DNA from: Nemertoderma westbladi
Lineage: Eukaryota > Animalia > Xenacoelomorpha
Assembly: GCA_032718475.1 (NCBI GenBank)
Contig: JAUCBJ010003269.1
Span: 1-52,900 of the forward strand
Length of the DNA stretch: 52,900 nt
Reading direction: 5' to 3'
Shown here piece by piece: positions 38,225 to 50,650 of the stretch. The notes below the pieces were generated by a model that saw only the letters and a list, made by a program, of their open reading frames with translations, did no database searches and was not told where the DNA came from. Both the position numbers and the translations under genes were made by a program. Position 1 is the stretch's first letter; each line of letters begins with the position of its first letter.

Positions 38225-40799
38225 CAGTGCCGGATTAAGCCTCTGGTGGCCCTAAGGCACATTTTAGTAATTTCCAGAAATGGCCCGAAAATTGATATTT
38301 TTCCGCAAACCCTTTGCTAAAAACAACTGAAATTGTGAAAATGTAGCGAAGGAAATATAAAGTATTTTCGTTGGATGACTGTGTATAAATAAGTACTAAG
38401 TACTATTTTGTGATAGACAAAGTGTAGCAGTTACAAAACTGGTTCTAGAAGATCCAAATGGCCATGTTTTACAAACCAATATTCACTATTGTAGCCGTAA
38501 AGCTGCTAAACATTTTGTATATGTTTAATGGAAATTGAGTAAAAAATAAAAAAGTAGTAGGGAATTCATCTTTTATGAAAGCCCTTCTATCAAACCACAA
38601 AAATTGTGTAAATTTTCGAAAATTTCATTTCTGTAGGGGTTATAGTGAGCCCCCTTAAGGCTGACTGACCCCTGTAGGCATTTAGCAATTTTGATTGAAT
38701 CGTGGGAATGTGTTATTTATTTGCTGTAGGTTTCGAAGGGTACTTATCTTTACAGGACTTGCTGATAAATATAACACACCAAAAGTGTGGGGCTTAGTGC
38801 AAAAATATAATATTTCTGATTGTAAAAGCTTTTGCGGATCTAGCTAGTTATTTTCCCCGCAAAGTACTCTGTAGGTGTTTTAGCGGACATAAAAAGCCGT
38901 TTCCTTACTGTACAGGTGTTTTAGTGGACATAAAAAGCCATTTCTTCTGTATGTGTACTTTAGCGGACATAACTAGCGATTTTATGTCGCAATACGCCAA
39001 AATACTCTTGATACAGTTTAGTTCAGATGACGACATCTATCAGCTGATATGTACACGTGTAACTTTTTCTTTGTTCTTTGTTCGGTCGACCAATCAGAGC
39101 GATTTTCATTTTATTTGTACAGAAACCTCCGGGAAATCGCGCAATGCATTATGGTTTATGTTTACCTTTTTTCCTGATGCCAGAAGATCGGCTGTGGAAT
39201 TATTCTGTGTTTCAGACTTTAGCCAAACATTAGAACGGCTTTGATTATAGAAACGTATAACTGTTATCAGCCTGTCATATTGTCATATTGTCAAACCTGA
39301 TCACATACAAACACCGCATTATTTTACTGCTATTTACTGTCGGTTATTAATTGTTAGAAGTTGATGGAATGTTGTTATATTTGGAGAATATCGATAAATA
39401 ACCATAAAACCCCAATCTTCTTGATATACTGAAGGTTAGAGAGACCGGTTACATATAGCAATTGCGACTTACATTATAGTGGTTTTGGAGTGAATTTAAT
39501 GCTATTTCATAGGCCCTACATGTGTCGGTTGCTGTTCTCCTTATATATGATTAAAATTAGTGAAGGTCGGCATATCAGTGTGCAGCAGTGTGCGGTAGTG
39601 TGCATGAGTGTGACAGATAACAAAGCATTTCCTAAAGAATGCGCCTTATACGTAAATCATTAGCCATCCCGTTGTGTTTAGTGTAAGTCATAACTCTGTT
39701 TACATACTTAGAGCGCCACGTCCTAAAGGAACTGTTAATATTTCCCGAAAGTTAATAATATTTGTCAGAGATTATATTAACGATCAGTCGAATAATACAG
39801 TAGGCCTACACCGCAATAAGGTCAGAGCTTCCGAATCCAGTCTCCCGGGTAAATCCAGCGGGTGAATGGTCGCGCATAGGCTGGCTTCGGCTAATGTAGT
39901 TTTATGTGTATCAAATACTCGTCATAGGCTAAAGTCGATTTATAACCTAGAAGACACCTAAATTTGGCAGGTTAAACTGCTAAAGGTCTAAAAGCGCGAA
40001 CACTGATCTATATTTGGACTTGCTGAGAAAGTAATGTTCTTCGATAAGAGAAGTCTCGGAAATAAGTACTTTTTGTCACTAATTTTAATTGACCCAAATT
40101 CAATTATGCTGTCCGAGAGTTTTAGGTTTTGCAGGAATTGCACCTAAAATACCATCGAATGCAAAATGCAATACACGAGGGCATAACATCTTCATTTCGG
40201 TTAAATTAAATTACAGTAGTGACAAGAAGTAATTTCTGACACGTTTTTTTTTTTTTATCAAAAACTATTTTATCTACAACAAATTTATCCTTGTGAATTT
40301 ATCCGGTGAAAAAAATTAATTTCGCACTACCATCTTCAGGCCGTACATTAACGACCTTGATTTACGATGTACAGTATTTCCAGTATGCAGGCATGTCAAA
40401 ACGTCAATATTTAGTTGTTCTAGAAAGTTTTAAGTACGTAACTACAAATAATTCCCCACAAATAAATAAAATTAAATTCTCCATTGTTCATAATTAGCAC
40501 TTTAATGTTTTACTGCCTATGTTTTTATTTCCCTGCCATCAGGTCTTGAACTAATAACACAAGCAGCTGTCGGTCGATTGAGCTACAATTTTGCACTTTC
40601 TACCACAAATCTAGTGATAGGAAGTAGTCGAAAGATGCACTTTTGTTCTGTTTTCTAGAAATTTTAGTGACAAAAAATGTGGACTTTTCAGATAAAAATA
40701 ATTTTTTTCACAGGAATGACTCGCTGTGAAAAAATGGCCCGTATTTTCGTCTGGCCCTAAGGCACGTGCCTTATATGCCTTAAGGTTAATCCGGCACTG
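38225..40799. mobile_element. Non-autonomous hAT transposon (2575 bp)
   Basis: 14-bp TIR CAGTGCCGGATTAA / TTAATCCGGCACTG. Exact 8-bp TSD CCTTTGGG at 38217-38224 and 40800-40807. Subterminal TGGCCCTAAGGCAC at both ends; no transposase ORF. Confidence 0.92.
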
Positions 40800-42130
40800 C
40801 CTTTGGGTCCGTGTTCAAAGTATCTGACATCCTCTGGGTCCGTGTTCAAAGTATCTGACATCCTTTGGATCCGTGTGCAAAGTATATGACATCCTTGGGT
40901 CCGTGTTCAAAGTATCTGACATCCTTTGGGTCCGTGTTCAAAGTATATGACATCCTTTGGGTCCGTGTTGAAAGTATCTGACATCCTTTGGGTCCGTGTT
41001 CAAAGTATCTGACATCCTTTGGGTCCGTGTTCAAAGTATCTACCAACATATGGCTCCGAGTGCAAAGTATATGACATCCTTTGGGTCCGTGTTCAAAGTA
41101 TCTGACCATCCTTTGGGTCCGTGTGCAAAGTATCTGACATCCTTTGGGTCCGTGTTCAAAGTATCTGACATCCTTTGGGTCCGTGTGCAAAGTATCTGGC
41201 ATCCTTTGGGTCCGTGTTCAAAGTATCTGACATCCTTTGGGTCCGTGTTCAAAGTATCTGACATCCTTTGGGTCCGTGTTCAAAGTATCTGACCATCCTT
41301 TGGGTCCGTGTGCAAAGTATATGACATCCTTGGGTCCGTGTTCAAAGTATCTGACATCCTTGGGTCCGTGTTCAAAGTATCTGGCATCGGGTCCGTGTTC
41401 AAAGTATCTGACATCCTTTGGGTCCGTGTTCAAAGTATATGACATCCTTTGGGTCCGTGTTGAAAGTATCTGACATCATTTGGGTCCGTGTTCAAAGTAT
41501 CTGACATCCTTTGGGTCCGTGTTCAAAGTATCTACCAACATATGGGTCCGAGTGCAAAGTATATGACATCCTTTGGGTCCATGTTCAAAGTATCTGACAT
41601 CCTTTGGGTCCGTGTTCAAAGTATCTGACATCCTTTGGGTCCGTGTTCAAAGTATCTGACATCCTTTGGATCCGTGTGCAAAGTATATGACATCCTTGGG
41701 TCCGTGTTCAAAGTTTCAAGTATTCCGTGTTCAAGAAAAATTACGCGATTCCTAAATTTGTACACTACCCGGTTAAAAAGTACGCATCGGGATCCGGGAT
41801 TCAGTCCTACCACATTGCGCCAATAAAAGATAAGTTATTTTCGGTAAAATAAACTTATCATTCGAGGTCAAAGACCCCTAGCATCCCTTCCTATAACAAA
41901 GTATCTGACATCCTTTGGGTCCGTGTTCAAAGTATCTGATATCGTTTGGGTCCGTGTTTCAAGTATTTACTAAGATTTGGGTCCGTGTTCAATATGTCTG
42001 CCAACCTTTGAGTGCGTGCTCAATGTATCTACTTTCGTTCGGGTCCGTCAACATGTCTGTCAACCTTTGGGTCCGTGCTCAACGCAACTACCATCCTTTG
42101 GGTCCATGTTCAACGTACAGTATCTGACAT
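40800..42130. repeat. 31-bp satellite GGGTCCGTGTTCAAAGTATCTGACATCCTTT, right block (interrupted about 41715-41895, decaying distally)
   Basis: Same unit as 37617-38224, resuming in register after the TSD. Confidence 0.95.
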
Positions 42131-42589
42131 GCTTCGGCACCATATTAAATACTATCACTAACATTAGTAGGTGAATAGGGTAAATGGTATACAAAGTAAC
42201 CAATAAGAAATCACCATGGAAAAGTTAGTTACAATCAATCATCTGATCCAAATTTATCCAAAAATTGAGGTTTTGGCTCTTTGTGGCTCAGTGCTTTCCT
42301 TATATTTGCATAATTTTTCGCAGAATTAACTTTGATAGCATTAATTTAACACTGCGCAACATCTCCTGTGTTGGTGCCTCATTGCTTCATAGAGAAATGG
42401 TCATTTTTTGGGTCCGTGTGGGTCTTTGTGCATTTTAGCACTGCCCAATTCAGTTTCATTTTATTAATACAGAACCTACCTCCAGCAGTCCAGCCCTACA
42501 GCCCCAGAGCAAGCCACTCTTGGTTCGCCTTCATTGTACTAAAACGATGCCTAATTGCATGTACAGAACTTGTATACAGTTGCATATTG

Positions 42590-42880
42590 TATTGTGAATT
42601 GGAAATTTAATGAGGATTTCAAATCTGAAAACCGCTTAGCGAAACCTCTTTTAGTTCTCGAGTTATCGCTGTTTTTCTGTATGATGGTCTGTGAAAGACA
42701 GACAGACAACCGCCAGACAGACAGACAAACAGACAGACAGAATAGATTCCACCAAACCTCAAAACTGACTTCGGAAATGAAATCAGTGACCCCGAAAATC
42801 CCCAATGGAAGTTCTAGTTCGGTGACGTGCTTCGTTCGTTCCAGAAATGATTAACCAACCAGACCACAGAGAGCCACATT
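42590..42880 (-). mobile_element. Possible Helentron-associated non-autonomous element (HINE/DINE-1/pearl-like)
   Basis: (GACA)n microsatellite at 42697-42740 next to a GCGATAACTCGAGAAC-type motif on the minus strand. Classified by general architecture only. Confidence 0.35.
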
Positions 42881-45118
42881 TGACGGGAAGGTTTAAACAT
42901 TGAAGGCAATTATCTCGGAATGACATTTTTCATTTTTCAAAACTCCCCTCCGCCATTTTTTTAACCAATTTTCTTTATTTTTGGCTCATTCGAAAGGTTT
43001 TCGGCAGTTCTTTAAAAGTTATCGGTTGGAATTTTTATATTTCTGTTTTTTACCGCCAATTTTTCAGATTACTGTAGTTCTAATTGTTGGCTTTACGAAA
43101 GAAATGTGAAATTTAGGGTACCTGTAGGTGTGTAGGTGCCGAACGAACATCCAGTGGAAGATTATTCCAAATTGATGGCGCAGATATCGAGAACGCCAGT
43201 AATCCTGCATCCGATGAGCGTAGATTACCTACCATATAAGCTCAGAAGTTCCTTTTAGACCTGATGTATATTTTTTTACTTCAATTTTATGAAGGTTCGG
43301 ATATGGTTTGATTCAATCCATTGATCGGCTAACTGCCTAAGTGAAAGTACAGTACATTCCATGATGCTACGCGTTGTTAACTAAAGTGTGGGGCAGGTTA
43401 CTATGGAGTAATTACTGTACGGATGAGTTACTTACTGTACTATATTTTGTTTTTTCTTGAGCGTTATTTCGGCGAAACAAAAATGTCACAAATCCTTATT
43501 TTCAAGCTATGAAATTCATTCCAAGTGATTTAGCGTGCCAGAAAACCCACGAAACACCATTGAAATCCACACATATACCCAAGGCGTACTACAGTACTTG
43601 CTTTTAAAGTACAAACACTAGAGTGAGGCTTCAAAATTTGAAAATGTGAAATATTTCAAAACTAGTTTCTCTGTGATATGGCCGGTACCACATTATTTGG
43701 CATCCAAAAACTTGTTTGCCAAACTTATGGCGAAAAATTATTTTGTATAACCCTGTGTCAGTGGCTCAGTGCACAGCTGCCCTAAATCTGCAATAATTAA
43801 TGGAAATATTTACATACATACTATGTAAATATTTCCACTGTAGTTTTAGTTATGGAGGCGCCTTCAGTCTAGAAAGACGCGAACAGCTGGAACAACTAAC
43901 ACGGTTGCTTAGTAACGAAAACTTTTTTAGCATTTGACAAGATAACTGCATAAAACAAGCTGATTTTGATTAGCTTATCAGGAGGCTTACAGGCCTATCT
44001 GCCTATACCCGCCCCGCCCCTTGCAGCGTTATCTTTCGTCTTAGTCTTACTGCTGTAGGCCTACCAGCCTCCTTATCTTTCTGCTGTTATGAACTTACAT
44101 TACTCTACTGCAGAACCGACCGATCCGATAGGCCCTACAGGACAGGCTACAGCCCTACCAGCCTGCCAGCCAGATGCTGCGATAACATTCTGTACAGCTG
44201 TAGCTGCCGTGCGTACGGCAGTACCAGAGTAGGCCTAACTGCTAACTGCCTAAGGTACAATAACAATGATACCGGTAATAGGCCTACCTGTCGCTGTCAG
44301 CCTGTCCCATGTCAGCATGTCCAGCTGTCTGCCTGTACTGGCTGACCGATACAAGACATTAGTCTGTTAGTAACAGCATCAACAGATCTGCCACAGCCAA
44401 TCAAATACAGAAATACTCATCATATCCATATGGCAGTATGGGTGTCTAAACTAATCTGCCAAACAAGAAGGAAAGTTAGACTGTTACGTAACCTGACAGC
44501 ATGGCTGCATGGCATGGAGATAACCAGTCTGCCAGTGGAGCAGCCAGCAGCCGTTATACAGACTTTATGACGACAAGCTAGTACAGTACGCAAGTACACT
44601 TCAATCTGTCAATGGCGGCCACGTTAATTGATGTTAGGGATGGCAAGCCAATGAATACCATTGTTTGTTGTAGTGGCAAGGCGGTTTCCTCACAGTGGTT
44701 TGCGCTGTAGCGGCTTCCAAAAAGTGCAAGTCTGCAAGTGCCAAGTGGTAGGCAGCACTCAGCTGGTCATAGCAATTTACCTTGCTTAGAGTCTTAGGTT
44801 AAGGGTTGAGTTTCAAAGGTTTTGAGTCTCAAAGAGGGTTTTTCTCTCTTTTTCTTTTTTTCTCTTTCTTCTTTTCAGAGGTTTTGAGTCTCAAAATCGG
44901 GATCCATCGATGGATTTATCCATCGAGCAATTAATAGAATCGTCAGACAAATAGGTTGAACTTTACTAAAGGTTACGTTAAAACTTTAAATGAAATAATT
45001 AAAAGAGTTTAAAGTAAATAATTAAAATAAAATCAACATATATTTTAAAACTAGCCTAATCAGTATTACACTGACAGGCACTGTAGCACTGTAGCACCTA
45101 TTATAGAACAGTAGAATG

Positions 45119-45127
45119 CTCAGATAG

Positions 45128-45159
<32 letters not shown>

Positions 45160-45379
45160 GGAAACTGGACGCAATAAAAATTAATCCAACTCCAGGGGAA
45201 ATTGGTGATTACTCTCAAAAATAAAACTGTAACCTATTCTAGGGTGTTTAGTTTATTGTTTTGGTTAAAATATCGTGCCACTGTAACCAACCTGCTCCTT
45301 TCCTAAATTGAGAATTTAACATTGAGCATTGAGGCGGGTTTTGCGTCCAGTCCCCCCCCCCCCCCCCCCCCTGTCTCAG
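45119..45379. mobile_element. MITE-like element with poly-G/poly-C inside its inverted termini
   Basis: CTCAGATA(G)n...ACTGGACGCAA versus TTGCGTCCAGT(C)nTGTCTCAG. The interior resembles 20268-20425 in reverse. Confidence 0.6.
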
Positions 45380-46145
45380 ATTACGATTAAATTATCAAAT
45401 AGGTTGAACTTTACTAAACTGCTAAAGGTTTATGTTATAACTTTATTTATGGCGGCCACGTTCAACGTTAATTGAAGTTAGGGCAAGCCAAATGAATACC
45501 ATTGTTTGTCGTAGTGGGCAAGGCGGCATCCACAAAGTGGCAAGCGGCTGCCATAAAGAGGTAGGCAACAGACTCCGCTGGTCATAGCAATTTATATTAG
45601 AGTCTTGTTATTGGTTGTGGTAAGATCGGCCAGATTTATTAATATTGACTGCGTTGTAGTGAGTGTTACGTTTTCAATAATATTTAAGGAATGGATGAAT
45701 GAATGACGGTTATTGAAAATAAGATATAATTGGTTGTATCAAACACATATCTCATTGTATTATACTATAGGCCTAGGCCAGTAGGCTGACTATTTTAAAA
45801 CATGTACGGTACGTACGTACAATACAAGTAATACAATTAATCGACTGTAAACGTGTGGGGCTGTCTAAAAAAATAAACGGTAGGCCTACTCAGTAAAATG
45901 GGGTTAACAGTCGGGCATGATGATAACACAGAGCGAAATGAAATAAAAAACCAAATTAAAATTAAATAAATTCATTAAATAGGCCTATCATTTTCATTAA
46001 ATAAAATTCAGGAAATTGTATTTAAACAAAAAATTTAAATGATAAAAAATAAAAAAATTATTTAATAAAACTATTTACTAATTTTTTTTACTAGATGAAC
46101 CAGTTGTAAAACAATAGGCAGCCTTATATTAAGCAATATTAAGTA

Positions 46146-46224
46146 GCCTTATGGTCTAGTGGTGACAACCTTCAGACCTTAGGCTTCCACGTAGGAGGCC
46201 CTGGTTCGAACCCTTGACCAGGCA
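46146..46224 (+). pseudogene. tRNA-like sequence (Gly-TCC-like pseudogene or tRNA-derived SINE head)
   Basis: A box TGGTCTAGTGG, B box GGTTCGAACC, partial acceptor GCCT...AGGC(A), CTTCCAC loop and T5 at 46231. Extra bases between the D and anticodon arms break a canonical cloverleaf. Confidence 0.55.
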
Positions 46225-47161
46225 ACACTGTTTTTGCAGTGTTTTAAAAACGACAAAATTTACAATTAATGCTGTAATGTGATCAATATAGAACCAATAT
46301 AGGCCTATGTCTGTATGTTAACATTAGACTGTTAGCGGTCCGACGAATCTGTACAAAATAGTACAAAAGAGTACAATAAAGTGCGAAAATAGTACAAAAG
46401 AGTGCAAAAATAGCGGTCAGCCTAAACACCCAACTGCACCCAACTACACCCAACTTCACCCAACTCACCCAACTACACCCAACTACACCCAACTTTCACC
46501 CAACTACACCCAACTTTCAGCCAACTACACCCACACAGTTCCACCCCACTACACCCAACATCCACTTCCACTCTGCATCCAACTTACACAAAACTATACC
46601 TACTGTATGGCACCAAACTTCCACAAATTACAATATGTACAGTAACAAACTCTTCGAGGAATTGCTGAGATATGAGCTTTTAAATGTTTCATGTACTGTA
46701 TGTTGCCCCCACTGCTGAGCAATTATGAAAATAACAAACTAACGTTTTATATTTATTGCAGGTTGGTTCTAGAATAATTGATGAATTTAGCAATAAATAT
46801 ACAAAGGAGAGACGCAGAGACTATTGACGAACGATCCAAGCTACAGTATAAAACTAAACTGGCGCTATGGGATTGTGGTGAAAATGAAAACGGTATTGAT
46901 ACACAGGAGGGTCACCGTCACAGCCTTAACGACGAAATCGCATTGGAAACTTCTGTTATGGGAATAGCAATGCAGATAATTCGTACAAAGTTAATGGACA
47001 TAAGTTCTATATTATACAGTATGTTTAATGCAATTATAATAATGTAATTATCCTTTATGTATCATAGAATACAAGAAAAAGAACTGTAACATTATTTTCA
47101 GCAGCTTTATTTTAATCTTGGGCCCATGTAAACACTTTCTGCCGTTATATATTTAACTTTG

Positions 47162-47375
47162 CAGTTGCCCCCATGTGAAGAATCCCAGGTTTTCATTAAA
47201 ATCACAGGTTACAAAAGGGCTGAATCTAACCAAAACAATAAACGAAATTTAGCCGTATCAAAACGAAACGTATCAAAAAGATAAATTAAAAAAAATAAAA
47301 AATCTTCATACATAAAATTCCAATAAAATGTCGACCGAAAAGTGAAATCCTGGTATTATTCACATGGGCGAACTT
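47162..47375. mobile_element. Small Tc1/pogo-like MITE inside the foldback element
   Basis: CAGTTGCCCCCATGTGAAGAATCCCAGGTTTTCA versus TGAAATCCTGGTATTATTCACATGGGCGAACT, an imperfect TIR of about 33 bp. Confidence 0.6.
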
Positions 47376-47828
47376 TATGGCCTTTATATTAATTAATTTT
47401 TAACGAAACAACAGCAATAATTTTAGAACATTTTACATTTTTGATAAACTAAAAGGGGATCTGGTAAGATCTGTACAGGTCAAGGGAATTTCTGCAAGGA
47501 ACTTATTATGATCTTCACATACAGGCGATGCCAGAATGGACAAGATCTCTACAGTATGAGAATCGATAAGATCGTTATACATTACAGATCTTACAGTAGT
47601 AGAAATAATAATTCATCACACTAGGGTAGAGAATTGCAGACGTTGATCAACGTAATCATATAGACGCGGCTTGTGGTCTCTAGTACATACTGTACAGTAT
47701 ATGTACAGTAGGATATGACAATATTCAGCTTATTTTATTACAAACAACGAAATGGGAGAAGTGTATTTAATCTTTCAGACATTCCACCCATTCGAAAATC
47801 CTCATGTGATCAACATTGAGGTTTCCAA

Positions 47829-48320
47829 ACTAATGTGTGCATTGTACTTGACACAATGAACCCGGCGTAGCATTCTTGTGAATGTGCCATCCAGAGATTT
47901 GGTGTCCTCAGCAGTTAGAGCCCAGCATGGACTCCCGTAGAGGAGTACTGGAACTACTGCTGCTCTAAATAATCGGACCTTGAGTTTCCGATTAATTCTC
48001 GGTGACTTCCAAATCCTGGAAAGCCTATTCAAGGCTGCCCATGCCTTTCCCTTACGTATTCGAAGGTCCTCACTGACTTCCGGATCCATGATCCCAGGTA
48101 ACAGAAGTTGTCCACATGCTCAAGCATACCATCCTTTGAGCTTATGCTCATCCGATCAGAGACTTGCTGAGGACTTTCAAAGTTAACTGTCAAAATTGTG
48201 GTCTTTCTGGAGGTAATAAAAAGACCAACACTAGAAGCAGAATGTTCTAATGAGCTGAGGAGCCGTTGGGCTCCCTCTAATGATTCTGAGAGTACTCCTA
48301 AGTCATCAGCAAAGTCTATC
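47829..48320 (-). mobile_element. Internal reverse-transcriptase fragment of an RTE-clade LINE (frameshifted)
   Basis: IDFADDLGVLSESLEGAQRLL...VGL...EHVDNFCYLGSWI, then a frameshift near 48085, then EDLRIRKGKAWAALNRLSRIWKS...KLKVRLFRAAVVPVLLYGSPCW...LDGTFTRMLR. Confidence 0.88.
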
Positions 48321-49072
48321 TGATCAACATTGAGGTTTCCAAGCTAAATTCTCACATGTGAATGAATAATATGTCACACACTTTAGGTATGTTGCTACAT
48401 AGTCGGATCCCAAGTGGGGTTTCTCATCGGGCTTTAATGTGGATCAGTTGGCGAAAATCTTCAAAAGTTACTTACGAATGAATTTTTCGTTACAGACAGA
48501 CAAGCGGACAGAACGACCGACTGGAGATGAAATTTTGCCCTATTTTTACTAATTGCAATTGTGCGCTAAGGCTTGCCCTGACTGCGTGACTCGTCCCACA
48601 GAACACCAAACTCTCCAACCAACTACACTCAACTTTGACTCACTTTCACCCAACTACACTCCACTTCCACCCAACTACACCCAACTATCACCCAACTACA
48701 GTACACTCAACATTGTCTCACTTCCACCCAACTACACTTACCTTTCACCACTTTCTCGCAGGTCAGGATTTTTGAAAATAAAAAATTATAAAGCAAATTA
48801 TAAAATTGTCAAAAACCATACAAATCCTAATCTACGTCGCTTTTTTGGATGTGAAAATGAGTAGGACATACAGTACAATATATCTAATGTTTAGTTCTGA
48901 GGCATAACAGCGAGAACATGCGAGCCACGTAGTACAGGCGAGCCTTAACGCACTATGATAATTAGTAAATACTGGAAAATTTATTTCGAGTTATTATCAT
49001 ATTCGAGTTAGTGAAATATTGAAACGAGGGACCGAAGTGAGATAAAAGTACATTATACACTATAATATATTG

Positions 49073-49200
49073 TTTTATTGTTAAATTTCTTGATTACTTA
49101 ACGCTCGTCTATGGACGAGCCGCAAATAATCCATCTATCAACTATATTTACGGCTTGTCCAAGGACAAGCGTTAAGTAATTCATAAATTTAACAATAAAA
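49073..49200. repeat. Imperfect palindrome of about 130 bp
   Basis: TTTTATTGTTAAATTT..ATTACTTAACGCTCGTCTATGGACGAGCCGCAAATA pairs with TATTTACGGCTTGTCCAAGGACAAGCGTTAAGTAAT..AAATTTAACAATAAAA. Confidence 0.8.
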
Positions 49201-50480
49201 TATTATAATTATCCTTTGTATCATATTACAAGAAAGATTGTAACATACAGTAGTCTTTATTTTCAACAGTTTTATTCTAAACTTTGTGGCCTTTATATTA
49301 ATTTGATCTTATCTTTTGTTTATTATTTTGGTTCCATGAGAAATTTATTATTCGCCTATATTATACAGAAAGTACTTTATTTGCTAACCATTAAGATTGG
49401 ATCAGGGAGCCAAATGGAGTGTAAACTTGAGACATGTAAAATGTAATGAGAAATGTAAAAAGTTCTAAAATTATTTCTGTTGTTTCGTAAAAATTAATTA
49501 CATTATTATAATGGTGCATTAAACATACTGTATAATATATAACTTATGTCCATTAACTTTGTACGAATTATCTGCATTGCTATTCCCATAACAGAAGTTT
49601 CCAATGCGATTTCGTCGTTAAGGCTGTGACGGTGACCCTCCTGTGTATCAATACCGTTTTCATTTTCACCGCAATCCCACAGCGCCAGTTTAGTTTGTAC
49701 TGTAGCTTAGTTTGGAGTTTTGATGCGTGGTATGTGTAGACATCTATAGGTATCTGGATCGTTCGTCAATAGTCTCTGTGTCTCTCCTTTGTATATTTAT
49801 TGCTAAATTCATCAATTATTCTAGAATCAACCTGCAATAAAAATAAAATGTTAGTTAGTTATTTTCATAATTGCAGGGCAGTGATGGCAAAATACAGCAC
49901 GAGTACATGCAACTTTTAAAAGTTCATATCTCAGCAATTCCTCAAAGAAGTTCAGAGTTTGTTACTGTACATATTGTAATTTGTGGAAGATAGGTGCCAT
50001 ACAGTATAGAGTTTGGTGTAAGTTGGATGCTGTTGTGTTGAAGTTGGGTGTAGTTGGTGAAAGTTGGGTGTAGTTGGGTGAAAGTTGGGTGAAAGTTGGG
50101 TGTAGTTGGGTGAAAGTTGGGTGTAGTTGGGTGTAGTTGGGTGTAGTTGGGTGAAAGTTGGGTGTAGTTGGGTGATTAGGCTGACCCCAAAAATAGTACA
50201 AAAGAGTACAAATGAGTGAGAAACGCATACAAAACGTGTATACCAGTGTAGTCTACACTACACTACACTTGTATATAAATATAATTAATTGTAAGCAAAT
50301 GCAACGGGACCGAAATATGCGCCGCTACAGTGTCAATCACTAGCGGCCTTGGTTCTGTGGTCAGTATGAAATGATTGACAGAACTTTGATTCATGTAGAT
50401 TTTGACTGGCTTACAAGTAGAAATAGGCTACAGTTCGTATAATACAATATAATGCAATACTATGCAGTGGGTAGATAAAA

Positions 50481-50650
50481 CGGGTCCTACTAAATACCCA
50501 ACTTTACCCAACTCCACCCAACTTTACCCAACTTCACCCAACTTTACCCAATTTTACCCAACTTTTTACCCAACTTTACCCAACTTTACCACACTTTACC
50601 CAATACCACCCAACTTTACCCAACTTCACCCAATCAATTACCCAACAGCC
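50481..50650 (+). repeat. 10-bp tandem array (ACCCAACTTT), probable left end of a related foldback family
   Basis: CGGGTCCTACTAAATACCCAACT resembles the 46414 terminus CGGTCAGCCTAAACACCCAACT. No partner end in the window. Confidence 0.65.

Larger units (their letters stand above)
46414..50187. mobile_element. Mutator/foldback-like element with about 650-bp TIRs and terminal CACCCAACT(A/T) arrays
   Basis: Exact 9-bp TSD CAAAAATAG at 46405-46413 and 50188-50196. Ends (C/G)GGTCAGCCTAA. About 46414-47045 is the reverse complement of about 49500-50187. Confidence 0.88.

Noticed and set aside
38225-40799. Autonomous hAT transposase
   Set aside because: Only short ORFs without recognisable transposase motifs.
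37509-42174. Short ORFs over the GGGTCCGTG satellite
   Set aside because: Repeat translations on both strands with no domain features.
46430-50650. Telomeric repeats (CACCCAACTA / ACCCAACTTT arrays)
   Set aside because: These are 10-11-bp degenerate units tied to transposon termini, not TTAGGG or TTAGG type.
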